Assembly: GCA_031370005.1 (NCBI GenBank)
Contig: JANMPT010000004.1
Coordinates: 1-33,233, forward strand
Reading direction: 5' to 3'
DNA from: Bdellovibrionales bacterium
GTDB lineage: Bacteria > Bdellovibrionota > Bdellovibrionia > Bdellovibrionales > Bdellovibrionaceae
Length of the DNA stretch: 33,233 nt
The number at the start of each line of letters is the position of its first letter. Position 1 is the stretch's first letter. Made by a program: the position numbers and the translations under genes. The notes beneath the pieces are model-generated. The model did no database searches and had not been told where the DNA came from. It saw nothing but the letters and a program-made list of their open reading frames with translations. Positions 1 through 8,347 of the stretch are shown piece by piece.

Positions 1-134
1 GGCGCACCCAATTGAGACAACGCAATCCGCGAAAGAGTTTCCTGTTTCTTCACGACATAAATCAAGGGCTCGTCTGCGTAAAGTACCGCAGGAAAAAGCA
101 AAATGAATACGGCGAATAAGCTAGTGTTTTTCAT
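1..134 (-). CDS. Secreted hypothetical protein (5' part; runs off the window start)
   Basis: Manual translation from ATG at 134 gives MKNTSLFAVFILLFPAVLYADEPLILCREETGNSFADCVVSIGCA, open to base 1. Sec-type signal peptide, AAGGAG upstream (148-153). Not in the ORF track. Confidence 0.7.
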   Translation of the reverse strand, partial: MKNTSLFAVFILLFPAVLYADEPLIYVVKKQETLSRIALSQLGA

Positions 135-160
135 GGTGAAAACAAGACTCCTTAGTTATC

Positions 161-188
161 TTTTCGGGTCTTTTTGATTAAATCTTTA
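161..188 (-). promoter_or_regulatory. Sigma-28/FliA-like promoter
   Basis: Minus strand TAAAG-N15-CCCGAAAA, ending just upstream of the SD of the 134 gene. Confidence 0.5.
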
Positions 189-286
189 CAATTTTATTTT
201 GGGCAATACGTAGGTCTTCATGAGTTAATGAAGACTCTGAAGAGAAAATGGATTCGTCCCAAAGAGATACATAGTTGGAATTCCTG

Positions 287-314
287 TTAAGATAGAGATA
301 GTTTTTGCCGATAT
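287..314 (+). promoter_or_regulatory. Sigma-28/FliA-like promoter
   Basis: TTAAG-N15-GCCGATAT; ATG at 321 follows after 6 nt. Confidence 0.6.
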
Positions 315-320
315 GTTGTT

Positions 321-608
321 ATGGTGAGTTCGAAATCCATTGGTAAAAGTCTTATAATGATACTTTTTTCTGCGGGATTAGTTTCCTGTCAGAATTCCAT
401 TCCAACGGTTGTAAGCCTTAATGCGGCACAAAAGCCCGCAGCGGCAGCGAATCCTAAGAATTTTAGTCAACTCAGTGCGGCCTCACAAAAGCATGTTTTC
501 CCAAGTGGATATAAGGGGACACTTCGTGTTAGCCAAGCATTGGGGCGTCTTCAAGCGACGACAGCTGGCGGGGACAAACTTCAAGGAACAGTAATTTTAC
601 AAAAATAA
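321..608 (+). CDS. Small putative lipoprotein
   Basis: Basic n-region, hydrophobic stretch, lipobox-like LVSC at residue 23. Confidence 0.6.
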   Translation: MVSSKSIGKSLIMILFSAGLVSCQNSIPTVVSLNAAQKPAAAANPKNFSQLSAASQKHVFPSGYKGTLRVSQALGRLQATTAGGDKLQGTVILQK

Positions 609-622
609 GTGGATAATAATTC

Positions 623-892
623 ATGGCTAAATTTTCTCACATTCTCGTAACTCATGAATATGAGGCAGAAGATATTCTCAAACTTTTGCAAAACGGAAGA
701 AGCTTTGAGGATCTTGCTCGGCATTTTTCAAAGTGTCCTTCGTCAAGCTCTGGCGGCGATCTTGGGGATTTAAAGCCCGGACGTGCTGATGAAGAATTTG
801 AAACCGCAGCATTTGCACTTAAAACAGCTCACTATAGCTTAAAGCCAGTGAGAACTAAATTCGGATATCATATCATTCTTCGTCGCGATTAG
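623..892 (+). CDS. ppiC: Parvulin-type (PpiC-like) peptidyl-prolyl isomerase
   Basis: HILV, SFEDLA, SKCPS..GGDLG, FETAAF, PVRTKFGYHII; 89-aa single domain. Confidence 0.92.
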   Translation: MAKFSHILVTHEYEAEDILKLLQNGRSFEDLARHFSKCPSSSSGGDLGDLKPGRADEEFETAAFALKTAHYSLKPVRTKFGYHIILRRD

Positions 893-917
893 AATTTCAA
901 TATCTGAGCTCAAGAGT

Positions 918-947
918 GAGAGGAGAAGCCGTACTGGTTCTCCTCTC
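918..947. terminator. Hairpin between convergent genes, probable bidirectional terminator
   Basis: GAGAGGAGAA...TTCTCCTCTC perfect 10-bp stem. Confidence 0.6.
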
Positions 948-973
948 CAGATTGTTTATTGTTGGCTATGGCA

Positions 974-1411
974 TTACTGTTTATCGAAATGCATAAGCAA
1001 AGCATCACCGGCCGGGCAGGACATTGCGGCCTTGTCACCGGTCAGAACAGTTACAGCTTCTTTATCGCTTAAGTAAGCAAAGAAAACAGAGTGAGTGTCG
1101 TTCATAGGTACGGGGTTTAACTCTTTACAGCTTTGGCTCGAAGCGCTTGTGTAGGTCACTTTCATGCCATCAACCGTATAGACACCAGTCACCCTTGTCT
1201 CGCAGCCACCCACCGTCATTTTATATTGGAATGTATTATCGGCATTGTTTGATATATAGACGCTGTCTTGACCAATTTTCATGCCGTCATTGATTTGGGC
1301 GTTGCTAGTACAAGCACGGGAAGTGAGCTCCCATGTCCCCTGAATTGAGGGCGCCGCCGCAAATCCATAGGACGCCGCTAGTAAAATACCTGTAAAAATA
1401 ATCTTTTTCAT
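974..1411 (-). CDS. Secreted protein, possibly lipocalin-like beta-barrel
   Basis: Signal peptide, AGGAGG SD, IQGTWELTS motif, four Cys. Confidence 0.65.
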   Translation of the reverse strand: MKKIIFTGILLAASYGFAAAPSIQGTWELTSRACTSNAQINDGMKIGQDSVYISNNADNTFQYKMTVGGCETRVTGVYTVDGMKVTYTSASSQSCKELNPVPMNDTHSVFFAYLSDKEAVTVLTGDKAAMSCPAGDALLMHFDKQ

Positions 1412-1512
1412 AAAAACCTCCTGATATGTTGTTGAGGTCTATTGCTAATTCAAAAAGTAAAAAAAGGTCAAAAGATGATTTAAAGATGAAGATAGGAATA
1501 AACAGTCATTAT

Positions 1513-1872
1513 TTAATTTATAGTGTCAAAGTAAATACGATTCAAGCAGTGAGGGCAGTTATCATGTAAAGGCCAGTCTCCAGAGTTTTTTGAAAACTGA
1601 ACAAGTTGATTGCATTCAGGGCATTGAATCGTACAGGGCTCAAGCAGGACTTTTTCTTTGTATGTTTTGAAGGCAAGAAATAGCGCTAGCAGAAAAAACA
1701 TTGGGACCAAAACAAAATGAAAAACAGGTACAAGAATCGAAATAGCTGCTAAGCCCCAAAAAGAAAAAAGTTTTTTTAGAGATCGCCTTGTTCTTTCCTG
1801 CTGTGAAAAGACATGGGCCTGTAAGTCGTGAACTGTGATCTTATCTCTTTGGCTATAGACATGGATTTTCAT
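1513..1872 (-). CDS. Small membrane protein with C-terminal zinc ribbon
   Basis: Long hydrophobic segment followed by CPEC...CPHC. Start moved to ATG 1872 (MKIHVYS); the track start is a TTG. Confidence 0.65.
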   Translation of the reverse strand: MKIHVYSQRDKITVHDLQAHVFSQQERTRRSLKKLFSFWGLAAISILVPVFHFVLVPMFFLLALFLAFKTYKEKVLLEPCTIQCPECNQLVQFSKNSGDWPLHDNCPHCLNRIYFDTIN

Positions 1873-1998
1873 GCTTAATATACAAAGACGATAAGCGATT
1901 GGACGCAAGGAGTTTTCGCTATTATGCTGAAGAATTTATTTTTACACTATTTCTTTGGGGCCGGTGCATCTGCTACTGACCACAAATTAGGAGGTCTT

Positions 1999-2553
1999 AT
2001 GATGAAATATCATCGGGTTTTGGCTACTTGGAGTTTAGCTGTCAGCTATATCTTAACTGGCAGCATTTGCATTGTTGCCTGTGGCACCTCCAAGGATTCT
2101 GTCAAGAATTCTGGAGGCTCCACAGAGACCCCCTTGCCAGACCTAAAAAGGCCAAACAAGCCTGTTGTGGACAAAGATACTTTGGTTTTGAAGACTGAGG
2201 ACTTGAAGCTCACTCATATAACACAGGCCTGGGGAGTAAATAGTTTTACTCAAGACCTTGGTGCTGTGAAGTATTTGAAGCTGCAAAAGAAATTCATCTT
2301 TCCAATTCAATTTAATGGTTGGGTGACATTGGATCGCGTGGAACATAATTATTCGAATTGTGCTCAGGAGATAAGCAGCGATCCCGCGTTTATTCTTGAG
2401 GATGATCACAATGGCGCCGTTCCCATTCTGCCAGGAGAAAAAATTCCTATCAGTCGAGAAAAGCTCTACATTTTGCGCTTGGAATATGCCAATACCTCTT
2501 TTTGCAAAAGAATCGGCATTCAGTTTGGAGTTCTTTACGGAACGAACGAATAA
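1999..2553 (+). CDS. Putative lipoprotein
   Basis: AGGAGG before ATG 1999; IVAC lipobox followed by a Ser/Gly/Pro linker. Confidence 0.7.
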   Translation: MMKYHRVLATWSLAVSYILTGSICIVACGTSKDSVKNSGGSTETPLPDLKRPNKPVVDKDTLVLKTEDLKLTHITQAWGVNSFTQDLGAVKYLKLQKKFIFPIQFNGWVTLDRVEHNYSNCAQEISSDPAFILEDDHNGAVPILPGEKIPISREKLYILRLEYANTSFCKRIGIQFGVLYGTNE

Positions 2554-2581
2554 GGTCAATCTGCGAAAAGAAGCATGTTCC

Positions 2582-2610
2582 TTGCCCTTGATAGTGCTTT
2601 CGCCTAAAAT
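2582..2610 (+). promoter_or_regulatory. Sigma-70-like promoter
   Basis: TTGCCC-N17-TAAAAT upstream of the 2630 gene. Confidence 0.55.
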
Positions 2611-2629
2611 AGCTAAAAAGAGGTTAATT

Positions 2630-2776
2630 ATGACAAACGAAGAGAAACACACAGATTTGAAGTTACATGAAGAAGAGAAAAGAATAGCAAAAGAGATGAT
2701 GCCTTTTTTTCTATATGCGGTGATTCCAATTTTGATTATTGTTTTTATTGCTTTTAAGTGGGGTCCTAGTTACTAG
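2630..2776 (+). CDS. 48-aa single-pass membrane microprotein
   Basis: GAGG SD, ATG 2630, MTNEEKHTDLKLHEEEKRIAKEMMPFFLYAVIPILIIVFIAFKWGPSY. Confidence 0.65.
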   Translation: MTNEEKHTDLKLHEEEKRIAKEMMPFFLYAVIPILIIVFIAFKWGPSY

Positions 2777-2790
2777 GATTTAAAAAACAG

Positions 2791-4014
2791 GTGCAAGAAT
2801 CTATTTGGTCTCCTTTACGATATTCATCTTATAGAATTTTTTGGTGTTGCGCTTTTTTTTCAAATTTAGGAACTTGGATTCAAGATGTGGCATCCAGCTG
2901 GCTGATGACTCATCTCTCTAGCTCGCCCTTGGTAATTTCCCTGCTTTCCTTTTCAAGCAGTCTGCCTGTGGTGCTGTTCTCTATTCCCGCAGGCCTTTGG
3001 GCCGATAGCGGTGATCGGCGTAAAATTCTTCTTTTGGCTCAAGCTTTGATGCTGGCTTCAGCATTCACATTAGGCATTCAGGCAGTCAGTGGTTCCCTTT
3101 CTGAGATTGCGATTTTGCTTTTGTCATTCTCCATGGGGGTTGGAGTGGCACTCAATGGTCCCGCATATCAAACGGTACTTTCAGAATTAGTTCCGCCGGA
3201 AGAGCAACAAAGCGCTATCCTTGTTTATTATATGGGGTTGAATATCACTCGGGTTGTCGGCCCCGCCATTGGCGGTTTTATTTTAGGATTCGCAGGGGCC
3301 AGCAGTGCTTTTTTTGTGAATGCGATTTCATTCTTAGGTTTAATTATTTATTACTGGCGTTGGCCTATGGGAAAAAAGCCACTTAAGGAAGCAGAGAAAT
3401 TCAATAGTTATTACCAAAAGATCAATACCCAAGACTGGAAGATTTTATTTTCGATTCACAATCTTAAACTGTGGATTGAAATTTTAGTGGTGAGCTTTGG
3501 AGCTTCGGCCCTTTGGGCCCTATACCCTGTGCGGGGGCGACTGGAATTGCACTTAGATTCTTTGCAATATGGCTCTTTGCTTGGATGCCTGGGCTTTGGG
3601 GCTTTTTTAAGTGCGATGTTTTCTAAACACATGATGGATTTTCGACGAAGCGGGCGGTCTTTAAGTTTTGCATATTTAGTTTTTGCCTCCGGCGAGGCCA
3701 TATTAGGATTCGCAGACTCTTATCTTGTGATTTGTCTCGCCATGGTTCTTGGTGGGATTGGCTGGATTATCTTGGCTACACTTATGAATATGAGCACTCG
3801 TCAGTTGACTGCAGACTCTCATTTAAAAGCCACTATGCTCGGCGTTTTTCTTTCAGTTTTTTATTTAGGAATGACATTCGGAAGTGTCGTATGGGGCACT
3901 TTGGCGAAATTAACCACAACTTCTCGAGCTCTGCTTGTCTCTTCATGTCTTTTATTCCTATGCTCTGTTTATAAGTATCAACAGAAAAAAACAAACCAGG
4001 AGCCTGTTCTATGA
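2791..4014 (+). CDS. MFS transporter (MFS_3/DHA3-like)
   Basis: About 12 hydrophobic segments; SNLGTWIQDVA and motif A-like GLWADSGDRRK. Confidence 0.9.
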   Translation: MQESIWSPLRYSSYRIFWCCAFFSNLGTWIQDVASSWLMTHLSSSPLVISLLSFSSSLPVVLFSIPAGLWADSGDRRKILLLAQALMLASAFTLGIQAVSGSLSEIAILLLSFSMGVGVALNGPAYQTVLSELVPPEEQQSAILVYYMGLNITRVVGPAIGGFILGFAGASSAFFVNAISFLGLIIYYWRWPMGKKPLKEAEKFNSYYQKINTQDWKILFSIHNLKLWIEILVVSFGASALWALYPVRGRLELHLDSLQYGSLLGCLGFGAFLSAMFSKHMMDFRRSGRSLSFAYLVFASGEAILGFADSYLVICLAMVLGGIGWIILATLMNMSTRQLTADSHLKATMLGVFLSVFYLGMTFGSVVWGTLAKLTTTSRALLVSSCLLFLCSVYKYQQKKTNQEPVL

Positions 4015-5171
4015 AAAACTATCAACATCTGTATTCTCTATTTTTGCAGGCCCATCCTGGGGTTCAGCATTTTGCCGGCCATAGCCATCACTATTGGCCG
4101 GATGTCACTCTTGAGGCGCATACGCAATTCTGGAAGGATAGTTGTAAATACGTTGACGGCAAATGGGAGTATTTTTCCTCAGAAAAGATACCTCGAGCAC
4201 AAAAATTAATTTGCGAGAACTTAAACCTTTCAAGACCTGAGCAGATTGTTTTTGCTCCGAATACTCATGAACTCAATTATCGGATATTATCTTGTTTTGC
4301 CGCCAGTAAGAAGATTAAGGTGCTAACGACGGACTCGGAGTTTTACTCACTTGATCGTCAGCTGTTGCGCTTGGAAGAAGCGGGTCGAGCTGAGGTCTTG
4401 CGAGTGCCGACTGAGCCTTACGGAAGCTTCGAGGAGAGATTTCTCAAAGAAATACAAACAAAGAACTTTGATGTGATTTTTTTCTCGCAAGTGTTTTTTA
4501 ATTCTGGATTGGCGCTTAAAAATATTTCTCAACTTGTTCAAGCGGTGAAGTCTGCAGAGACCTTGGTTGTTGTAGACGCATATCATGGATTTATGGCTAT
4601 GCCGACTGACTTGAGAGCCATTGAAAATCGTATTTTCTACGTAGCTGGTTCCTATAAGTACGCTCAAGGGGGCGAGGGCTGCTGTTTTATGTGGGTGCCT
4701 CCGGGCTGCAAACTTCGTCCAGAAAACACTGGATGGTTTGCCGCTACAGGTGATCTTTCAAGATATGAGGGCGAGGTGGCTTACGCCGAGGCTGGACGAC
4801 GTTTTGCTGGTTCGACTATGGACTATTCGGCTCTTTATCGTTTGGTGGCATCCTTGGAGCTTTTTAAAAAAGAAGGCCTTAGCGTTTCCACAATTCACAG
4901 TTATGTCCAGAGTCTTCAACAGAAATTCTTGGTGGAGCTGGAAAAACAATCTCATCCAATGATTAACCAGAAGAACCTGCTCAGGCGGGAGCTCGAACAT
5001 CATGGACACTTTTTAACATTTCAGACACCGAGCAACGAGGTCTGTAGCAAACTGGCCAAGGGGCTAAAGGAAAAGGGTCTCCAGACGGATTATCGCAAGG
5101 ATCGCCTGCGCTTTGGTTTTGGGCTCTATCACGATGGGAAATACGATTTATCGGCTTTAAAAAGCCTGTGA
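4011..5171 (+). CDS. Class V PLP-dependent enzyme, kynureninase-like
   Basis: HFAGHSHH, TTDSEF, DAYH, GSYKYAQGGEG (PLP lysine), TGWFA. ATGA overlap with the MFS gene. Confidence 0.75.
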   Translation: MKNYQHLYSLFLQAHPGVQHFAGHSHHYWPDVTLEAHTQFWKDSCKYVDGKWEYFSSEKIPRAQKLICENLNLSRPEQIVFAPNTHELNYRILSCFAASKKIKVLTTDSEFYSLDRQLLRLEEAGRAEVLRVPTEPYGSFEERFLKEIQTKNFDVIFFSQVFFNSGLALKNISQLVQAVKSAETLVVVDAYHGFMAMPTDLRAIENRIFYVAGSYKYAQGGEGCCFMWVPPGCKLRPENTGWFAATGDLSRYEGEVAYAEAGRRFAGSTMDYSALYRLVASLELFKKEGLSVSTIHSYVQSLQQKFLVELEKQSHPMINQKNLLRRELEHHGHFLTFQTPSNEVCSKLAKGLKEKGLQTDYRKDRLRFGFGLYHDGKYDLSALKSL

Positions 5172-5191
5172 CGCACAAGGATTAATCATTG

Positions 5192-5212
5192 ACGCAGGAG
5201 CCCCTGCGTTTT
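5192..5212 (+). terminator. Intrinsic terminator-like hairpin, overlapping a TTGACG -35 candidate for thrS
   Basis: ACGCAGG-AGCC-CCTGCGT followed by a short T run. Confidence 0.5.
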
Positions 5213-5276
5213 AAGTATATCAAATGCAAATTTTGCTTAAGAAATCATTAGCAACCTCAAATTCTCCTGCTTCATA

Positions 5277-7238
5277 ATGTCACAAATTACAATTATTTTG
5301 CCTGATAATTCTACGAAGGTGTTTGAACGCGAGCCCTCGGCGCTTGAAGTGGCTCAATCTATTGGTCCACGCCTGGCGAAGGACACTCTTGGCGTGAGGC
5401 TCAATGGCTCAACTGAAATTTCTGACCTGCGTACACAAATCAAAAATCAAACGAAAGTGGACTTAATCACTATTAAATCACCGGAAGCGGTGGAGGTGAT
5501 TCGTCACTCCTGCGCCCATGTTTTGGCCCAAGCAGTTCAAGATATTTGGCCTGAGGTTAAAGTCACCATTGGACCTGTGATTGAGAATGGTTTTTATTAC
5601 GATTTCGATTCTCCTTTTCATTTTACCGAAGAGCACTTTTCGCAGATTGAAAAGAAAATGAACGAAATTGTCGCCAAAGATCTTCCCATCCGTCGTCAAA
5701 ATTGGCCCATCGCTAAAGCAATTGAAACTTTTAAAAGCATGAATGAACGCTTCAAGGTGGAGCTTATCGAGGGCTTGGAGCAAAAGGGCGAGACCGAGGT
5801 TGGCATTTACTTTAGCGGAGACACTTGGTTTGACCTCTGCCGTGGACCCCATGTTCAGTCCACAGGTCAAATCAAAGCATTTAAGCTTCTTTCCGTTGCC
5901 GGAGCCTACTGGCGCGGAGATGAAAAGAACCCAATGCTTCAGCGTATTTATGCCACAGCTTTTGGGGATAAGAAGGAACTCGATCAATACCTTAACAATA
6001 TCGAAGAAGCAAAAAAACGCGATCATCGTAAGCTCGGTAAAGAGTTGGGGCTTTTTCATTTTCATGAGTGGGCACCAGGCTCTCCATTTTTTACAGGTAA
6101 GGGCGCAACAGTTTATAATCAGCTGCAAACTTATATGCGAGAGCTGTACTTTGAGTACGGTTACCAAGAGGTGATCACTCCACAGTTTTTTGATTCGAAT
6201 TTGTTTATTACCTCTGGTCACATGGCGAACTATAAAGACAGCATCTTTTTTACCCGAATGGACGACCGAGACTTCGCCTCAAAGCCGATGAATTGTCCCT
6301 CGCACTGTTTGTTATTTAAAGCTGAGCCTCATTCTTACAAGCAATTGCCATTAAGAATGGCGGACTTTGGTCGTCTTCATCGTTTCGAGAAATCAGGAGT
6401 GATGCACGGCCTGACTCGTGTTAGGACCTTCTGTCAAGACGATGCCCATATTTTTTGTAAGATCGATCAAATGCAGGCCGAAATTGCAGGTTTCATGCAG
6501 CTTCTCAACCGTGTGTATGCGCAGTTGGGAATGAACAATTATAAAATTTATCTTTCGACTCGGCCAGAAAAACGCATGGGTGGGGACGAAGTCTGGGATA
6601 AGGCTGAAGCTGCTCTGACAAACGCGTTGGAAAGCTTGAAGCTTCCCTTTACGATCAATCCAGGCGACGGGGCCTTCTATGGTCCGAAGTTGGATATCAT
6701 GTTTGTCGATGCCCTTAATCGTCCTTGGCAATTGGGAACTTTACAGGTGGATTTCAATCTTCCGGAAGCATTCCAGCTGGAATACATTGGGGAAGACAAT
6801 CGTGAGCACCGTCCAGTTATGCTGCATAGAGCGATCCTTGGATCCTTGGAGAGATTCATCGGTGTCTATCTTGAGCATACAGCCGGGCATCTGCCTCCAT
6901 GGTTGTCTCCAATTCAAGTACAAATTCTAAATATTACGGACCGGGTAAATTCGTTCTGCGAAGAGCTACAGAAAATGTTTAAAGACAATCACGTGCGTGT
7001 CGAGTTTGACAATCGCAACGAGCAGTTGAAGTTTAAGATCCGCGAGGCTCAATTGCAAAAAGTGCCTTATATGGTGATTGTCGGTGATAATGAGGCCGCG
7101 TCCCGAACTGTATCTTTACGACTCAGGGATGGTTCTGAACACAAAGGACTCGCGGTGATTGATTTAATGAAGTTGATTACTGAAGATATTAACGAACGCA
7201 AACTGCAGTCCTCTTTGATGAAGGTATCTGCGACTTAA
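5277..7238 (+). CDS. thrS: Threonine--tRNA ligase
   Basis: TGS domain, editing motifs RHSCAH and DLCRGPH, RDHRKLG, KPMNCP, GAFYGPK, HRAILGS. Confidence 0.99.
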   Translation: MSQITIILPDNSTKVFEREPSALEVAQSIGPRLAKDTLGVRLNGSTEISDLRTQIKNQTKVDLITIKSPEAVEVIRHSCAHVLAQAVQDIWPEVKVTIGPVIENGFYYDFDSPFHFTEEHFSQIEKKMNEIVAKDLPIRRQNWPIAKAIETFKSMNERFKVELIEGLEQKGETEVGIYFSGDTWFDLCRGPHVQSTGQIKAFKLLSVAGAYWRGDEKNPMLQRIYATAFGDKKELDQYLNNIEEAKKRDHRKLGKELGLFHFHEWAPGSPFFTGKGATVYNQLQTYMRELYFEYGYQEVITPQFFDSNLFITSGHMANYKDSIFFTRMDDRDFASKPMNCPSHCLLFKAEPHSYKQLPLRMADFGRLHRFEKSGVMHGLTRVRTFCQDDAHIFCKIDQMQAEIAGFMQLLNRVYAQLGMNNYKIYLSTRPEKRMGGDEVWDKAEAALTNALESLKLPFTINPGDGAFYGPKLDIMFVDALNRPWQLGTLQVDFNLPEAFQLEYIGEDNREHRPVMLHRAILGSLERFIGVYLEHTAGHLPPWLSPIQVQILNITDRVNSFCEELQKMFKDNHVRVEFDNRNEQLKFKIREAQLQKVPYMVIVGDNEAASRTVSLRLRDGSEHKGLAVIDLMKLITEDINERKLQSSLMKVSAT

Positions 7239-7257
7239 AAAACCATGGAGGTTTCCC

Positions 7258-7941
7258 ATTAGCAAGTTCGAAGGTAGAAACGATGTTAGAGGCGGACCTG
7301 GTTTCCGTGGCAAGAAGGACTCTAAAGATTCGTTGAGAGTGAATCGCGAAATTCGTGCGCCTCAAGTCCGTGTCATTGATGATGAAGGAAATATGCTGGG
7401 CGTTATGACTGTCCCTGAGGCTTTAAGACTAGCAGAAGAACGAAGTCTCGATCTTCTGGAGATTGCCCCCACAGCCACCCCTCCAACTTGTAAAATCATG
7501 GATTATGGCAAGTGGAAGTATGAGAACAAAAAGAAAGCAGCGGCGGCCCGAAAAAAACAAGTCATCGTCAGCATCAAAGAAGTTCAAATGCGCCCGCGCA
7601 CTGATCAACACGACTTTGAAACAAAAATGAATCATGCCCGCCGATTTCTTTTGGACGGCGATAAAGTGAAAGTGAATTTGCGATTTATGGGTCGCGAAAT
7701 GGCTCACCAAGAAGTCGGTATGGACATCATGAAAAGATGTATCGCATTTGTTAAAGACTTGGCATCCGTTGAAACGAATCCGAAAATGGAAGGTAAGCAG
7801 ATGTTTATCCTGATTGCTCCGGATCCTTTAAAAATTAAAGATTATCTGAAGGCCCATCCGAATAAATCCAAACAAGATACTAAGGATTTAGCGGAACTAA
7901 AGGATGAGGAAGACGAAGAGGACGAGCTTACTCCAGAATAG
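7258..7941 (+). CDS. infC: Translation initiation factor IF-3 (ATT start)
   Basis: IF3 motifs (RVNREI, CKIMDYGK, FLLDGDKVK, GRE). GGAGG 7247-7251, then in-frame ATT at 7258. Confidence 0.97.
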   Translation: MSKFEGRNDVRGGPGFRGKKDSKDSLRVNREIRAPQVRVIDDEGNMLGVMTVPEALRLAEERSLDLLEIAPTATPPTCKIMDYGKWKYENKKKAAAARKKQVIVSIKEVQMRPRTDQHDFETKMNHARRFLLDGDKVKVNLRFMGREMAHQEVGMDIMKRCIAFVKDLASVETNPKMEGKQMFILIAPDPLKIKDYLKAHPNKSKQDTKDLAELKDEEDEEDELTPE

Positions 7942-8057
7942 TTAAGCTAGTTTGTATTTATTTGTTTTCTCGACTCTCGTCTATAATCTTCCTTTTTAGA
8001 TGAGAGTTTCTTGGTTTTTTCTGCTTTCGCTTTTAAGTTTTTAGAAGTGAGGTGGGA

Positions 8058-8339
8058 ATGGTGTTAGGTCTCAGTTTTGAACGTTGGCTTGCTTACGTTT
8101 TTATTATACTTGGAATGTCCCTGCTCTATTTCGGCTTTTTTTGTCCGCATTGGTTTTCAAAAAAAGCTGCAACTCAAAAGCCCTCACTCAAAGATGAGTC
8201 TTATTTCTGGCAGATCTTTCCCTACGGTTTGTTTTTTTGCGTTGGAGGAATTGCATTTCTTTTCCAGCCGAATCCAAGCAGTTTGCTGGTAGCTTTTGGC
8301 TGCGCCTCTTGGGTGAAAATTCTTTATATGTTCGTATAA
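8058..8339 (+). CDS. Small hypothetical membrane protein
   Basis: Several hydrophobic segments; GAGG before ATG 8058. Confidence 0.5.
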   Translation: MVLGLSFERWLAYVFIILGMSLLYFGFFCPHWFSKKAATQKPSLKDESYFWQIFPYGLFFCVGGIAFLFQPNPSSLLVAFGCASWVKILYMFV

Positions 8340-8347
8340 GCGCATAT

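Noticed and set aside
5172..5276. T-box or Thr attenuator before thrS
   Set aside because: Region too short, no T-box consensus and no run of Thr codons.
8000..8044. 14-codon hydrophobic ORF after TATAAT at 7982
   Set aside because: No SD, and expected by chance in T-rich DNA.
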